48,156 bases of DNA from a virus. Lineage: Duplodnaviria; Caudoviricetes. The stretch lies in IMG/VR virus record IMGVR_UViG_3300020045_001961, positions 1-48,156 of that record, one strand, 5' to 3'. Positions 17,574 to 27,526 of this stretch are shown piece by piece. The position numbers were made by a program, and so were the translations under genes. Within the stretch, counting starts at the first letter, position 1. Each line of letters begins with the position of its first letter. Below the pieces are notes generated by a model. It was not told the DNA's origin and did not search any database. It saw nothing but the letters and a program-made list of their open reading frames with translations.

Positions 17574-19908
17574 AGAACCTATTCAATTTGTAGAGATTGA
17601 TGTTGACCGTTGTTCTTTAACCTATGGGGGACTTCCCTGTAGGGCTGCTATGAGGGTTAGTGAAAGTAGAACTAACTTCCTTCTGTATTCAGAAGAGTTT
17701 GATAACGCTTACTACACTAAAACTGCCTCTAGTATCACTCCTAATTTAGATGTTGCCCCAGATGGTACAACTACTGCTGATCGTCTGGTTGAAAACTCTG
17801 CTACTGCTGTACACTTAATCCAGAGATCATTAAACTTTACTACTGGATTAACCTATACTTTCTCTGTATATGCAAAAGCTGGATCAAGAAGTGTCATTGA
17901 TGTACTGCTCCCTGCTACAGCTTTTACTGCTGCCACCTTTGGTAGGTTTGACCTATCTACAGGTACATTGGTTACTACTGGTGGAACGCCTCTAGGAACC
18001 TCTATTGAGGATGCAGGTAATGGTTGGTATCGTTGTAGTGTATGGAAAGTGGCTACTGCTACCGCTGCTGGCAACGTACAGTATAGACTGTTTAACGTAA
18101 CTTCTAGCTACTTGGGTAACGGTACTTCTTATCTATCTATCTGGGGTGGTCAGTTAGAGGTTGGAGTTAACGCCTCTACCTACAAGAAAACAACTACAGA
18201 TATTGTTGTAGCTAACTGGGGTACAGGTATCAGGAAGTGCTTTAATACTTATGGCACTTGTCAGAGTAAAAAAGACTTCACTAAAGTTGTGAGTACGGAA
18301 AGATTTATTAACAACCAATCTAACATTCCTGTTGGATTCGGGGGTTATCCTGTACTCAAGAGCGTATCTACCTTCTCGTCTACAGTTAACCTTGCCGGGA
18401 GTGACCCTAGAATGGGTGCTTTCGGTCGCAGAGGTACTGTGTCAGTTAAGATGCAAGACTTTGTGGATGATGATATTGGTTGGGATAAGTATCAACAAGA
18501 GAGAGTGTCAGGGGCTGCTCAGTTGGATGGTATTGGTTATCTTCCTATTGAGTTTGGCACTTATTGGTCAAGAAAGAAAGTACAGTGGCCTCACTATGCT
18601 GGTAGAGCAATGCGTATTATTGATGGTTTTGTTGATGGAGGAGTGTTCACCCTTGTACGTACAAGACACTTCATTAGCGTGGATATTAAGCAGAACTCTA
18701 ATGGCGAAGTAGAAGTTAGTGGTAAAGATGTTCTTGCTCTTGCTGATGATAAGAAAGCCTTGGCTCCTAAGACTTCAAGGGGTAAAGTGCTGCTTAATCC
18801 CGGTGCCCCCTTTAACAGTTCAGGTTCTGTAACCTTTAACCTAACACCCGCTGGTATCGGTGTGGAGTACCCCACCAGTGGGTATGCTACAATTGGTTCT
18901 GAGGTTGTACAGTATACTAGATCAGGGGATTCTGTAACTGTTACTGGTCGAGGTCTTAAAGGAACTCTCCCTGCTTCTCACTCTGATAACGATAGTTTTC
19001 AAGAAGCCCTAGTGCTTGAAGCTAAAAGACCAGAGGACTTCATCTTTGATCTGTTAACTGTCTATGCTAAAGTCGATCCTCTATTCTGTCCACTAGTTAC
19101 TAAGTGGCGTCCTGAATTGCTTAGGTGGATGAGTAACGTAACCTTAGACACAGTTATCACTAAACCCACAGGGGTAACTCAACTCTTAGGGGAACTGGCT
19201 GATCTAGGGTTGTCGATCTGGTGGGATGATGTTGCTCAAGAAATTGGGGTTATGACTAACCACCCTGTCTTTGATGAATCTATCTACAACCTAAGTGATG
19301 AAAACAATATTAAGAAGATTGAAGTAGACGACAAAGACGAGGATAGACTTACTCAAGTCCACTTCTATACTAAGCAGACTGATCCAACCAAAGACTACAA
19401 AGACAAGAGTAACTACAATCAAGTCAATGTTCTTATTGACCCTGATGCAGAAACACCCAATGCCTATAACGATGTTAAAGTAAGAGAAATTTTTTGTCGT
19501 TACCTAAATAATGGTGCTGACGCTATCGTAAGAGTTCTCGGTCTTAGACTACTTAAAAGGTTTAATACTGCCCCACAACACTTCATCATTACCTTAGATG
19601 ATCAAGACAAGACTATCGGTCTAACTGATATCCTTAGTGTTGAATCTAGACTAGTGACCGATGATATAGGCAGACCTGTAAGTAAACTTCTTCAAGCATA
19701 CAAGAAAGAAGAAGTACAAGCTGGTAAAGACTTCAAGGTATATGCTCAAGGTTTTGAGTACACTGGTAGGTTTGGTTACTGTATGCCTAATACAACCGTT
19801 AATACTTATGATACAGCAACAGCTAACGAAAGGTTGACAGGTAACTTTGCTGTCAGTGCTGCTACCTTACTCTTTAGTGATGGTTCAGAACCTTATGTTG
19901 CTATCTAA
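17563..19908 (+). CDS. Tail hub/baseplate protein with inserted carbohydrate-binding-like domain
   Basis: N-terminal Cys motif CSLTYG..PC / KCFNTYGTC split by ~190 aa (NFLLYSEEF...WGGQLEVG). Confidence 0.7.
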   Translation: MANREPIQFVEIDVDRCSLTYGGLPCRAAMRVSESRTNFLLYSEEFDNAYYTKTASSITPNLDVAPDGTTTADRLVENSATAVHLIQRSLNFTTGLTYTFSVYAKAGSRSVIDVLLPATAFTAATFGRFDLSTGTLVTTGGTPLGTSIEDAGNGWYRCSVWKVATATAAGNVQYRLFNVTSSYLGNGTSYLSIWGGQLEVGVNASTYKKTTTDIVVANWGTGIRKCFNTYGTCQSKKDFTKVVSTERFINNQSNIPVGFGGYPVLKSVSTFSSTVNLAGSDPRMGAFGRRGTVSVKMQDFVDDDIGWDKYQQERVSGAAQLDGIGYLPIEFGTYWSRKKVQWPHYAGRAMRIIDGFVDGGVFTLVRTRHFISVDIKQNSNGEVEVSGKDVLALADDKKALAPKTSRGKVLLNPGAPFNSSGSVTFNLTPAGIGVEYPTSGYATIGSEVVQYTRSGDSVTVTGRGLKGTLPASHSDNDSFQEALVLEAKRPEDFIFDLLTVYAKVDPLFCPLVTKWRPELLRWMSNVTLDTVITKPTGVTQLLGELADLGLSIWWDDVAQEIGVMTNHPVFDESIYNLSDENNIKKIEVDDKDEDRLTQVHFYTKQTDPTKDYKDKSNYNQVNVLIDPDAETPNAYNDVKVREIFCRYLNNGADAIVRVLGLRLLKRFNTAPQHFIITLDDQDKTIGLTDILSVESRLVTDDIGRPVSKLLQAYKKEEVQAGKDFKVYAQGFEYTGRFGYCMPNTTVNTYDTATANERLTGNFAVSAATLLFSDGSEPYVAI

Positions 19909-19923
19909 TAAAGGAATCCCGAC

Positions 19924-20451
19924 ATGACTGCTTACGTTACTATCACAGATGCACAAACTGATCCGGGGGCACCCGGTACTTCTGAACTATGGAAACAGTG
20001 GCGAGATAACCCTATCGCTATTGCAGAGGGTTCTACAGGTGCCCCCCGCATTGCTGTGGCTGCTCAAGGGGGTACTATTGTTGGGGGTGTATTCACCTCT
20101 ACTGACCTTGCTATTTATGGGGGTGCTGTTCTTCATGGAGGTTTTCGTATGACCTCTGGTGGTAATCAGTTGGTCTTACAAGTCTCTGATGATGGCACTA
20201 CTTTCTATGGGAACCAAGTTCTACATACAAGCGGGGGTGGGACAGAATCAATAGGTACTTTTAACATCTTTGTTAATTTTGCAAATGGTGCTTATATTTC
20301 ACAAACCAGTGTTAATGGGATTAATGGTTTGTTAGGGGGTACACTCCCCGGTTCTAGTTTAGCTGCCAGATTCATTAGGCTTATCGCAAATGGTGGTGCA
20401 AGTCCCAGTGTAACTGCTTTAGTTATTGCTAATGGAGGTTCGCAACCATAA
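19924..20451 (+). CDS. Tail tip/fibre protein
   Basis: ITDAQTDPGAP...WRDNPIAIAEG..GAPRI N-terminal motif. Confidence 0.6.
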   Translation: MTAYVTITDAQTDPGAPGTSELWKQWRDNPIAIAEGSTGAPRIAVAAQGGTIVGGVFTSTDLAIYGGAVLHGGFRMTSGGNQLVLQVSDDGTTFYGNQVLHTSGGGTESIGTFNIFVNFANGAYISQTSVNGINGLLGGTLPGSSLAARFIRLIANGGASPSVTALVIANGGSQP

Positions 20452-21176
20452 TGAGTAGAATTGACTTTTATAATAAGATTAGACCTATCTTTGGTGGTCG
20501 TATTCTTCAAAAGCAAGTAGATGGTATTGAAGCTATTCTAGCTGCTACAGAGGATTTACCAGTCACCCACAGAGCCTATCTCTTAGCCACAACCAAACAT
20601 GAAACTGCGGATACTATGCAGCCTATTACTGAGTATGGTGGGGTTAGGTACTTTGATAAATACGATACAGGTAAACTAGCTGCTGATCTAGGCAACACAC
20701 CTGCTAAAGATGGTGATGGTTATAGATACCGTGGTCGAGGTTATGTTATGATCACAGGGTATAGTAACTACTTTAAAGCGGGTAATAAGCTGAGACTTGA
20801 CCTGATAGGTAATCCTGATCTTGCATTACAACCAACAGTGTCAGCTATGATCCTAGTTAAAGGTTGTACAGAGGGTTGGTTCACTACCAAGAAACTAAGT
20901 GACTATCTACCCAAAGAGGGTGCAGGGGATTATGTAAATGCTAGACGTGTAGTCAATGGAACAGATGATGCTAAATTGATTGCTAGTTATGCTGTGAGGT
21001 TTGAAGAAGCCTTAAGATTACTGGGTGACACTAAACCTGCTGTTATTACCCCTACACCTGTAGAGGAAAAACCCCCTGTAGAGGCACCTAAGCCCACCCC
21101 GCTACCCTCATCCACAAACACACTCAGTGCCATCGTAGGGGCCTTCCTACGCATTCTAGGAGTACTAAAGAAATGA
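20451..21176 (+). CDS. Endolysin, GH19 chitinase-like, with Pro-rich linker and C-terminal amphipathic helix
   Basis: AYLLATTKHET...E...YRGRGYVMITG..NY...ARRVVNGTD. Confidence 0.9.
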   Translation: MSRIDFYNKIRPIFGGRILQKQVDGIEAILAATEDLPVTHRAYLLATTKHETADTMQPITEYGGVRYFDKYDTGKLAADLGNTPAKDGDGYRYRGRGYVMITGYSNYFKAGNKLRLDLIGNPDLALQPTVSAMILVKGCTEGWFTTKKLSDYLPKEGAGDYVNARRVVNGTDDAKLIASYAVRFEEALRLLGDTKPAVITPTPVEEKPPVEAPKPTPLPSSTNTLSAIVGAFLRILGVLKK

Positions 21177-21352
21177 ACTATGCACCCTATGTCCGTATTG
21201 CTATCCGCTACATCGTAGGTATTGTGATCGGTGCTGATGCTGCCAATATCCTTGCGGCTGATCCAGAGATTGTAACCCTTGTTGCTGCTGGTGTTGGTCT
21301 TGCTGTAGAGTTTGTTTATAACTTTGCTAAGAAAAAAGGTTGGGCTACCTAA
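21173..21352 (+). CDS. Putative holin (59 aa, not in ORF track)
   Basis: MNYAPYVRIAIRYIVGIVIG...LVAAGVGLAVEFVYNFAKKKGWAT: two hydrophobic segments, basic C-terminus, ATGA overlap with endolysin. Confidence 0.65.
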   Translation: MNYAPYVRIAIRYIVGIVIGADAANILAADPEIVTLVAAGVGLAVEFVYNFAKKKGWAT

Positions 21353-21355
21353 ACC

Positions 21356-21580
21356 ATGTTTAGCTTAATTGCTACAATAATTTCTATTCTGTTCAAATCT
21401 ATCTCTGCCTTCTTTCTTGTGAAGGTTGGTAGGGATAGCGAGAGGCAGAAGAATACAATAAAAGAACAACAGGACTACATAGACACAAGAAAGAGAATTG
21501 AAGATGCTACAAAAAGTGTTGATGGTTCTGGTTTTAACGACGCTGTTAACCGCCTGCGTGAACGTCAGTCCAAGTCCTAG
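21356..21580 (+). CDS. Putative i-spanin
   Basis: N-terminal TM segment plus coiled coil; overlaps the lipoprotein gene. Confidence 0.65.
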   Translation: MFSLIATIISILFKSISAFFLVKVGRDSERQKNTIKEQQDYIDTRKRIEDATKSVDGSGFNDAVNRLRERQSKS

Positions 21581-21716
21581 TGGGTTGTGTGATGGTTTAG
21601 CCCCTTTAGTGGATAACCATGTTGATGCCTTACTTATTGATGGTGGCCCTAAGTCTACACTAACTGGGGATAAACTTGTTGCTGGATTTGACGGGGGTTG
21701 TAACCTTGTTAAATAA
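21504..21716 (+). CDS. Putative o-spanin lipoprotein
   Basis: Signal MLQKVLMVLVLTTLLTAC with lipobox LTAC; overlaps the i-spanin in another frame. Confidence 0.7.
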   Translation: MLQKVLMVLVLTTLLTACVNVSPSPSGLCDGLAPLVDNHVDALLIDGGPKSTLTGDKLVAGFDGGCNLVK

Positions 21717-21972
21717 CTATATTGAGACCCTTGTAACTGCTGTTATTGGTGCTGTGATCGCTGCTGGTGGTTGGTTGGTTAGGAAAGTATTAACCAGTGA
21801 ACGTAAGATTGAACTGCTAGAGTCAGAGATTAAAGGTCGAGAAGAGCGTAGAGAAGAAGAGAGGAAGTTTCTTACTCAAATACAACATCAAATGCAGAGT
21901 GGCTTTGACACCTTAAAGAGAGACGTAGATGAAGTTAGACGTGATGTACTAGATATCTACAAAGACCGATAA
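21676..21972 (+). CDS. Single-TM coiled-coil membrane protein (lysis-associated)
   Basis: One TM segment followed by charged coiled coil. Confidence 0.55.
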   Translation: MLLDLTGVVTLLNNYIETLVTAVIGAVIAAGGWLVRKVLTSERKIELLESEIKGREERREEERKFLTQIQHQMQSGFDTLKRDVDEVRRDVLDIYKDR

Positions 21973-21990
21973 GTTTAGACTGTAGAAATG

Positions 21991-22037
21991 AAAAAACCCT
22001 CTAGAACCCTTGACTGGGGACTAGAGGGTTTTCTTTT
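21991..22037. terminator. Bidirectional rho-independent terminator
   Basis: AAAACCCTCTAG/CTAGAGGGTTTT stem flanked by A- and T-tracts where the two operons converge. Confidence 0.85.
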
Positions 22038-22039
22038 GT

Positions 22040-22240
22040 CTAAGTAGTTTGTGAGGATATAAAAATAGTAACCGAGAGTAGTAGAGAGAGAGTTACTGCA
22101 AGAGTAAAGAATATACCCCGACCACCGTACTTCTGTTCCATGTAACTACTTACCTTCATAAACAAGATAAACAAGCCTGCTAGGCTGAAAGTGATAGTAA
22201 AACCTAGGAAAACAGATAAAGCAATATGATAAAAAATCAT
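22040..22240 (-). CDS. Small two-TM membrane protein
   Basis: Two hydrophobic helices; coupled to upstream ORF. Confidence 0.55.
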   Translation of the reverse strand: MIFYHIALSVFLGFTITFSLAGLFILFMKVSSYMEQKYGGRGIFFTLAVTLSLLLSVTIFISSQTT

Positions 22241-22440
22241 ACGGGTTCACCCCAATTGACACACTTGAAAGTGTTAGTGAAAGGTTTAAGTTGCCCCTTT
22301 GCTACAGCTTCGAGTTGTCGCTCAATCATAAGCGCATAACCTGCTTCACACTGTTCTTCTGTCTTAAAGATGGTCTGTGGGGTAAAAGAGAAACAAGCAG
22401 GTTCCCCTTGCAGACATACAATCAAAGCTAATGTAAACAT
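22237..22440 (-). CDS. Small Cys-containing hypothetical protein
   Basis: MFTLALIVC...C...EEQC...C pattern typical of alphaproteobacterial phage proteins. Confidence 0.6.
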   Translation of the reverse strand: MFTLALIVCLQGEPACFSFTPQTIFKTEEQCEAGYALMIERQLEAVAKGQLKPFTNTFKCVNWGEPV

Positions 22441-22875
22441 TTATTTGTCCTTCTCTCTAAGTTGAAATTGTGGATCATCTAACATCTTCTGTAGTGTATC
22501 TCGTAGAGCCTTAACCCCCGCATGTCTCATAAGCAGCCTTGCACCACTGTAGATAAACTTACGACTGTCATACTCTTTTGTTGTACCCTCTTTGATACCC
22601 CAACGCCATGCAGCTTTGAAGATATTAAACAGGTGAGCAGTATCACCTAACCATTGTGTGTAGGCTTTGTGTTCAATAAGATCATTAAGGGTAACTGCAT
22701 CAGGAGGTAGGTCGTAGTAAGCAGCTACACCACCGTCAGGTTTAGTTGTAGTTGGTACAACTAGTTTACCCCAATCGAAAGAAACAACACCTACCTCTTT
22801 GGGTTGTAATGCCTTGTTCTCTTTTGGGGGTGGAGTGTCGTATGAACCTGTTGCAGGGGATTTACTATAAGTCAT
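22441..22875 (-). CDS. DUF3310-like hypothetical protein
   Basis: YYDLP...LNDLIE...NIFKAAWRWG.K...YD..K motif; start at ATG 22875 coupled to upstream stop. Confidence 0.55.
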   Translation of the reverse strand: MTYSKSPATGSYDTPPPKENKALQPKEVGVVSFDWGKLVVPTTTKPDGGVAAYYDLPPDAVTLNDLIEHKAYTQWLGDTAHLFNIFKAAWRWGIKEGTTKEYDSRKFIYSGARLLMRHAGVKALRDTLQKMLDDPQFQLREKDK

Positions 22876-23039
22876 TTCTCTACCTTGATCATTGCTTGAC
22901 AGTACCATTCATAATTTATTACTCCACCTTCACACATAATAGCGAGTCCCCCTTGGGGAACCCACCCTTCTTTAATTAGTGAGTTAATACGGTATTCTAA
23001 ATCCCAAGCATTACGATACTTGCAAATTTGGTACTTCAT
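22872..23039 (-). CDS. DUF1737-like small protein (55 aa, not in ORF track)
   Basis: MKYQICK...INSLIKEGWVPQGG...QAMIK; TAATG and ATGA couplings. Confidence 0.6.
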   Translation of the reverse strand: MKYQICKYRNAWDLEYRINSLIKEGWVPQGGLAIMCEGGVINYEWYCQAMIKVEK

Positions 23040-25012
23040 TATCCACCTACATCTACAATTTCACACACGTCACCAGAGCAAGCAAAAGTCTGACTAGATA
23101 CAGTGTTATCTTTCTTCTCGAAAGCAGATAATCCAGACCAATCAATTTGTGCAGGCATAGTATTAAAAGCCTTAAGGTAGGTTTCTTTGTCTATCTCTTG
23201 GTAAGGTGCTTGCTCATACGTATGATCACTGTAGGGTAAGAAAGAGATACCCGACACTTCATCAAAGTTTTCGTATACCCATGCACCAACTGCAAGCCAT
23301 TCACTATCCCTTACGTTCACAGTAATAGAGGGCTTATGCTCACACCAATACCGTTGGTATGTAAGCCACAACTCTAGTTGTTCAAGGGCTGTCACTTCTT
23401 TTCTTGTGGTAGTACCCTCGGGCGCTTGTACAGGGAAACTAAACACTGTTGTAGTGTCTGGTTTTCTTACGTCCGGTTCACTAGGAATACCCTGTGCAGT
23501 CATAAACTTAGTTAGGGGGTCTTTGTTGTCCCCACGGACAGTACGAATATAATACTCACTATGTCGAGGGTGAATACCACTTGCGCTATCAACAAGTTGA
23601 GAAACTGTACCGGAAGGTTTAACACAAGTAATAGCTGCTGACTGTGGAATACCCAGAGTCTCTGCCCAAGTCTTATTTGTTGCAACAGCAACTTCCCGAA
23701 GATAAGTCAGGGCTTGCTCTAGGTTAGTCTCTTCATCACCAGAGAATGAGAAAGCAACACCAGCATCTTTATTCATAAGACCTGACATAGCTTTGTTGTC
23801 CATAATTCCCGTTAGAGATACGCCAAGCAGTCTTTCTTGTTCTGTATTTTCTTTCCAAACAGAACGTAGATAAGGGAAGTCAGTTAGCGTAGATTGAATA
23901 GTACCAAGAATAGTTGCAAGACGAACCTTTTCCTCAAGAGTAGCAAGCGTATCTTCTGCCCGTACGACTACCTCTGTCAAATTACAAAACTGGTTGGGTC
24001 GAAGGATAATCTCGGAACAAGGATTTGTACCAAAGTCAAAGTCTGTATTACGACGCCCACTTTTTGCAGCTTGTTTCTTAGAGGCTACACGATTAAAGAT
24101 TCCACGTTCACCAGACTTGCTCTCTACAAGAGACAACCATTCACGGATAAAGGATTCAATATCTGGCTTTTCAGTATAGCAGACAGAGTTGTTAGACAAG
24201 GCTCTTTGCCCATTGTTTTCCCACCATTGACCCGATTTAGCATATCGCATACGATTATCTGTCAAATTAGATAGGCTGATCATAGCTGATCTACGTACAC
24301 CGCCTACTACAACAACCTCACCAATCTTGCACATAATATCGTGACACTCTAGCGAGTTTAGCTTGCGACCTTTAGCCTCTAAGAAGATACCTACAGCATA
24401 GTTAAACAACTCTACAAGGGGACCGGGACCAGAAGCGCGACCACCAAAAGTCTTAAGTCTTGCGCCAGCTTTACGTACACGGCTGATATCCCAAGAGGGG
24501 ATTTGGCCCTTAAACAAGTAACTGATCAATTCCTTTAGGGCAGTAGCCCAACCTTCTTTACTGTCTTCAACAACGATAGTATCTGCGGACTTAAAGAAAG
24601 TATCTGGGAGTTGGGGTAATTGATTTACGTATTGACGTTCTACAGAAAATCCTACACCAGTACCACATAGTAAGATAAACATTGCTTCATCAAAGGCACG
24701 AAGGTTGTCTACGGCCAAGTAAGCACAGTTGTAACCCGCTGTGTTGTCCCGCATCAAAGCAGGTCCAGCAGTCATTAACGCCCGCATACTCGGCATAATA
24801 TCTTGATTAAGGATAGCAGTACGAATAGCCTCATAGGTGGGATAGTTACGGTTGAGCATCTCGTTAGCAGTTAGTAACTTGGGTTCAACTACATTAACCA
24901 TATAGCGATTAACAGTTTCTTCCCAAGTTTCTCTCCGTTTCTCTTTGTCAAGCCAACGTGCATACCTAGATGTATGAATAAACGCTTGATAGTCTGTTGG
25001 TAGTGTTGTCAT
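23039..25012 (-). CDS. nrdJ: Class II (B12-dependent) ribonucleotide reductase
   Basis: SRYARW, YNCAY, GGVRRSA, TNPCSE, TCVKPSGT, C-terminal CSGDVC. Confidence 0.93.
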   Translation of the reverse strand: MTTLPTDYQAFIHTSRYARWLDKEKRRETWEETVNRYMVNVVEPKLLTANEMLNRNYPTYEAIRTAILNQDIMPSMRALMTAGPALMRDNTAGYNCAYLAVDNLRAFDEAMFILLCGTGVGFSVERQYVNQLPQLPDTFFKSADTIVVEDSKEGWATALKELISYLFKGQIPSWDISRVRKAGARLKTFGGRASGPGPLVELFNYAVGIFLEAKGRKLNSLECHDIMCKIGEVVVVGGVRRSAMISLSNLTDNRMRYAKSGQWWENNGQRALSNNSVCYTEKPDIESFIREWLSLVESKSGERGIFNRVASKKQAAKSGRRNTDFDFGTNPCSEIILRPNQFCNLTEVVVRAEDTLATLEEKVRLATILGTIQSTLTDFPYLRSVWKENTEQERLLGVSLTGIMDNKAMSGLMNKDAGVAFSFSGDEETNLEQALTYLREVAVATNKTWAETLGIPQSAAITCVKPSGTVSQLVDSASGIHPRHSEYYIRTVRGDNKDPLTKFMTAQGIPSEPDVRKPDTTTVFSFPVQAPEGTTTRKEVTALEQLELWLTYQRYWCEHKPSITVNVRDSEWLAVGAWVYENFDEVSGISFLPYSDHTYEQAPYQEIDKETYLKAFNTMPAQIDWSGLSAFEKKDNTVSSQTFACSGDVCEIVDVGG

Positions 25013-25020
25013 TATTAGTA

Positions 25021-25149
25021 TTATCCGTTCAAGTATTTCTGACCAAGGGGTGTGATAGTGTAGGTGAGAACACCTTCATTGTCGTGTTTAGTTACATAAC
25101 CTTTATCTACCAGATACTTAATCTTAGTGTCATTGATTAGTTTAGTCAT
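25021..25149 (-). CDS. Mini winged-helix-like protein (42 aa)
   Basis: YLVDKGYV...YTITPLGQKYL wing motif. Confidence 0.5.
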   Translation of the reverse strand: MTKLINDTKIKYLVDKGYVTKHDNEGVLTYTITPLGQKYLNG

Positions 25150-25283
25150 TTGATTAGCAGCCCCCAAGATTGTGTGCAAATGTTTTCTTTCTGTAGTTTA
25201 ACTAAGGCACTCTCTGTAGAGATATATACGTCAATCTCTTGGTCGAGAGTATTCAGGTATTTGATTAGTTCATGTACTGTCAC
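25146..25283 (-). CDS. Hypothetical protein (45 aa)
   Basis: MTVHELIKYLNTLDQE; 4-nt overlaps at both ends. Confidence 0.5.
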   Translation of the reverse strand: MTVHELIKYLNTLDQEIDVYISTESALVKLQKENICTQSWGLLIK

Positions 25284-25633
25284 CGATTATCGCCTGCCCC
25301 ACCCAATACACCACGTTGTTGCCTGTCTTTAAGTTTAGCAAGATTACGTTCTGCTACCTCACTAAGATCATACCCTAGATGATCTGATAGGTTTGCCAGA
25401 TACCAAAGAATATCCCCCAGTTCCTTAATCAAATCTTGATCATCAATAGGTTTACTATCTCGAATACATTTACCAATTTTCTCTGCAACCTCACCAGACT
25501 CACCGCAGAGTTTCAAAGCAAGATACTCTAGTGCTTTGTCTTTGGGGTAGATGGCTGTAGATTTTGCTTGTTCTTGATACAGGTTGAAATCGTTGTCTGT
25601 GTAATCTTCTTCTCCAAAACCCCATTTAGCCAT
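25280..25633 (-). CDS. MazG-like nucleotide pyrophosphohydrolase
   Basis: YQEQAKSTAIYP...GESGEVAEK...KELGDILWY...N..KL..R..RG. Confidence 0.9.
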   Translation of the reverse strand: MAKWGFGEEDYTDNDFNLYQEQAKSTAIYPKDKALEYLALKLCGESGEVAEKIGKCIRDSKPIDDQDLIKELGDILWYLANLSDHLGYDLSEVAERNLAKLKDRQQRGVLGGAGDNR

Positions 25634-25788
25634 TAGTAATCACCCTCAAAATCTTCTAGTGTCACATACCCTAGATCATCTAGGACTTCCAAAACCTTCC
25701 AAGGTGTCATATTGAATTGCAACAAAATCTCTTCAAACCCATACTTGTCGATAATATTTTGTATTTGGTTTCTATCAACGTCACTCAT
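25633..25788 (-). CDS. Hypothetical protein (51 aa)
   Basis: MSDVDRNQIQNIIDKYGFEEILL...; coupled to MazG-like start. Confidence 0.55.
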   Translation of the reverse strand: MSDVDRNQIQNIIDKYGFEEILLQFNMTPWKVLEVLDDLGYVTLEDFEGDY

Positions 25789-25978
25789 TTACATCTTTCA
25801 CATAAACAGGCACAGAGTATCCAGTGAATGACTTTGCATATTTCTCATACTTATACACAGTTATGCTCTTCTTTCTTGCATGGTACCCCTGACGTAAGGT
25901 AGGTTGATATGGTTGTCCGTTATCATCTACCGCGATATAACCTATAATATGTTCACTCATAGTAACCTGTCTTTTCAT
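25781..25978 (-). CDS. Hypothetical protein
   Basis: ORF in tightly packed operon. Confidence 0.5.
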   Translation of the reverse strand: MKRQVTMSEHIIGYIAVDDNGQPYQPTLRQGYHARKKSITVYKYEKYAKSFTGYSVPVYVKDVNE

Positions 25979-26174
25979 TATACTCTAAACCACTAAACTG
26001 CAAGAAGGACCGTGCGCCCGAATAGCTATAGGTCTTTACCACAGTCCACCACAGAAAGTACTTGTACTCCTGAATGTAGATCATTCCGTTCTTATCTTCT
26101 AAAGTTCTTAACTTTTTATACTTTGCCATGTTATCCTCTGTTGTAAAACACTGTCTGTTGTCTATCGTCTTCAA
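25953..26174 (-). CDS. Hypothetical protein
   Basis: ORF in operon; probable start at MAKYKK. Confidence 0.5.
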   Translation of the reverse strand: MKTIDNRQCFTTEDNMAKYKKLRTLEDKNGMIYIQEYKYFLWWTVVKTYSYSGARSFLQFSGLEYNEKTGYYE

Positions 26175-26188
26175 TTAGGAACCAAAAA

Positions 26189-26662
26189 TTATACATGGAA
26201 GTCCCCATACAGCTTTTTTAAGTAACTCTCTCTGGCATCTTTAGCCTCTTTCTCTGAACTAAACCTACCTAGGTAAACGTATTTATTATTTACCCCTGCA
26301 TAACACTCCCACTTACAACCTTTTAGACGTACCCCAGAGTTAGTATTGTATACTACATTTCTTTTATTCTCGGAGTAACTACAAACTCTAAGATTGTCAA
26401 TACTGTTATTTTCTTTGTTCCTATCTATGTGGTCAATACTAGAAGGCCAAAAGTTATGGTGCAAAAACCATATTACGCGGTGTACAAGCATTTTTGATAA
26501 GCCTACACTTACTCTCTTGTACCCTCTGCCATCAGTACAACCTGCTTCTTCACCAGCAACACACCTATTAAAGGATACTCTATACCTTAACTTGCCCTCA
26601 TCATAGTAGTACCTACTTCTTATGATTAACTCTTGCTCTTTTGTGGGGTTTCTGTACTTCAT
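26189..26662 (-). CDS. HNH endonuclease with AP2-like tail
   Basis: VHRVIW...IDHIDRNKENNSIDNLR...YLGRF...EA..AR. Confidence 0.9.
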   Translation of the reverse strand: MKYRNPTKEQELIIRSRYYYDEGKLRYRVSFNRCVAGEEAGCTDGRGYKRVSVGLSKMLVHRVIWFLHHNFWPSSIDHIDRNKENNSIDNLRVCSYSENKRNVVYNTNSGVRLKGCKWECYAGVNNKYVYLGRFSSEKEAKDARESYLKKLYGDFHV

Positions 26663-27210
26663 AACTGTCTGCTGTAAAATACGGTTGTAGTAGGTTCCTT
26701 AACGAATTGATAAAAACAGAAATTATCAACACCCTTAATTGCCTTACCGTCCTCATTGAGGAACCAGTAAAGCCTACCAACAGAAACCATCTTAGAACAC
26801 CTATTCATGTAAGGTGCCATACGTCTGTTATGTGCTACATCAGCAGGTAGCAACAACCATGTAGGTAGCAAGTCGGGCAGATGATCCAATATAGGTTGTA
26901 GCATACCCCAATGGAAGGGGGGGTTAGTAATAAACACATCTGCTGGCAGAGTATCCCTAGCTGTCAACGACAAACAATTCCTCTGCACTACCGTGGGGGT
27001 CTGAGGTTCAATGTCGTATGCCCCCACACACCTTACCAGAGGGGCCACAGAGGCTAGTAGAGAGATCAGATGACCCTCACCAGCACAAGGTTCGACATAG
27101 CGTGTCTGTGGGTTTAGAAAAGGGGCTAAGGCTTCTACGGCAGCGGGGTCGATTGTGCCGTAGAAGTCTCTAGGGTTTCGTTCTTTCTTGATTAGTTCAC
27201 GTTTGCCCAA
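26659..27210 (-). CDS. DNA amino-methyltransferase (N6A/N4C)
   Basis: SAM-binding EPCAGEG and catalytic ITNPPF. Confidence 0.85.
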   Translation of the reverse strand: MGKRELIKKERNPRDFYGTIDPAAVEALAPFLNPQTRYVEPCAGEGHLISLLASVAPLVRCVGAYDIEPQTPTVVQRNCLSLTARDTLPADVFITNPPFHWGMLQPILDHLPDLLPTWLLLPADVAHNRRMAPYMNRCSKMVSVGRLYWFLNEDGKAIKGVDNFCFYQFVKEPTTTVFYSRQL

Positions 27211-27526
27211 AGTTATTTCCCGTATTTTTTACAAAAAGGTTGTAGTACAAGCAATTAAACATACAAGCCACCTCTAGTGAAAGGTATCTTTTATCCCAAG
27301 TAAAGTTTGCGATAGAATACTCAAAATTACCATTTTTACCTACGAACCCAACCTCTAAAGCCCCACAAGAATGAATATGAGATTTAGTGACAAACCCCAA
27401 CTTTTTAAGTTTATTCTCACACAAGCTAATCCCTCGCTGCTTCGTAGGCTTCATTATAATTGAGGTAGACATTCTCTGCATTATTTTGCAAGTAGTCAAC
27501 GAAACACTCTGTACAGTAACTGCCAT
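27197..27526 (-). CDS. Hypothetical protein (true start likely near 27426)
   Basis: ORF fills the gap in the operon. Confidence 0.4.
   Translation of the reverse strand: MAVTVQSVSLTTCKIMQRMSTSIIMKPTKQRGISLCENKLKKLGFVTKSHIHSCGALEVGFVGKNGNFEYSIANFTWDKRYLSLEVACMFNCLYYNLFVKNTGNNFGQT

Noticed and set aside
2089-20516. Numerous minus-strand ORFs within the structural operon (and plus-strand ORFs within the replication operon)
   Set aside because: Antisense shadows of real genes, without SD or recognisable motifs
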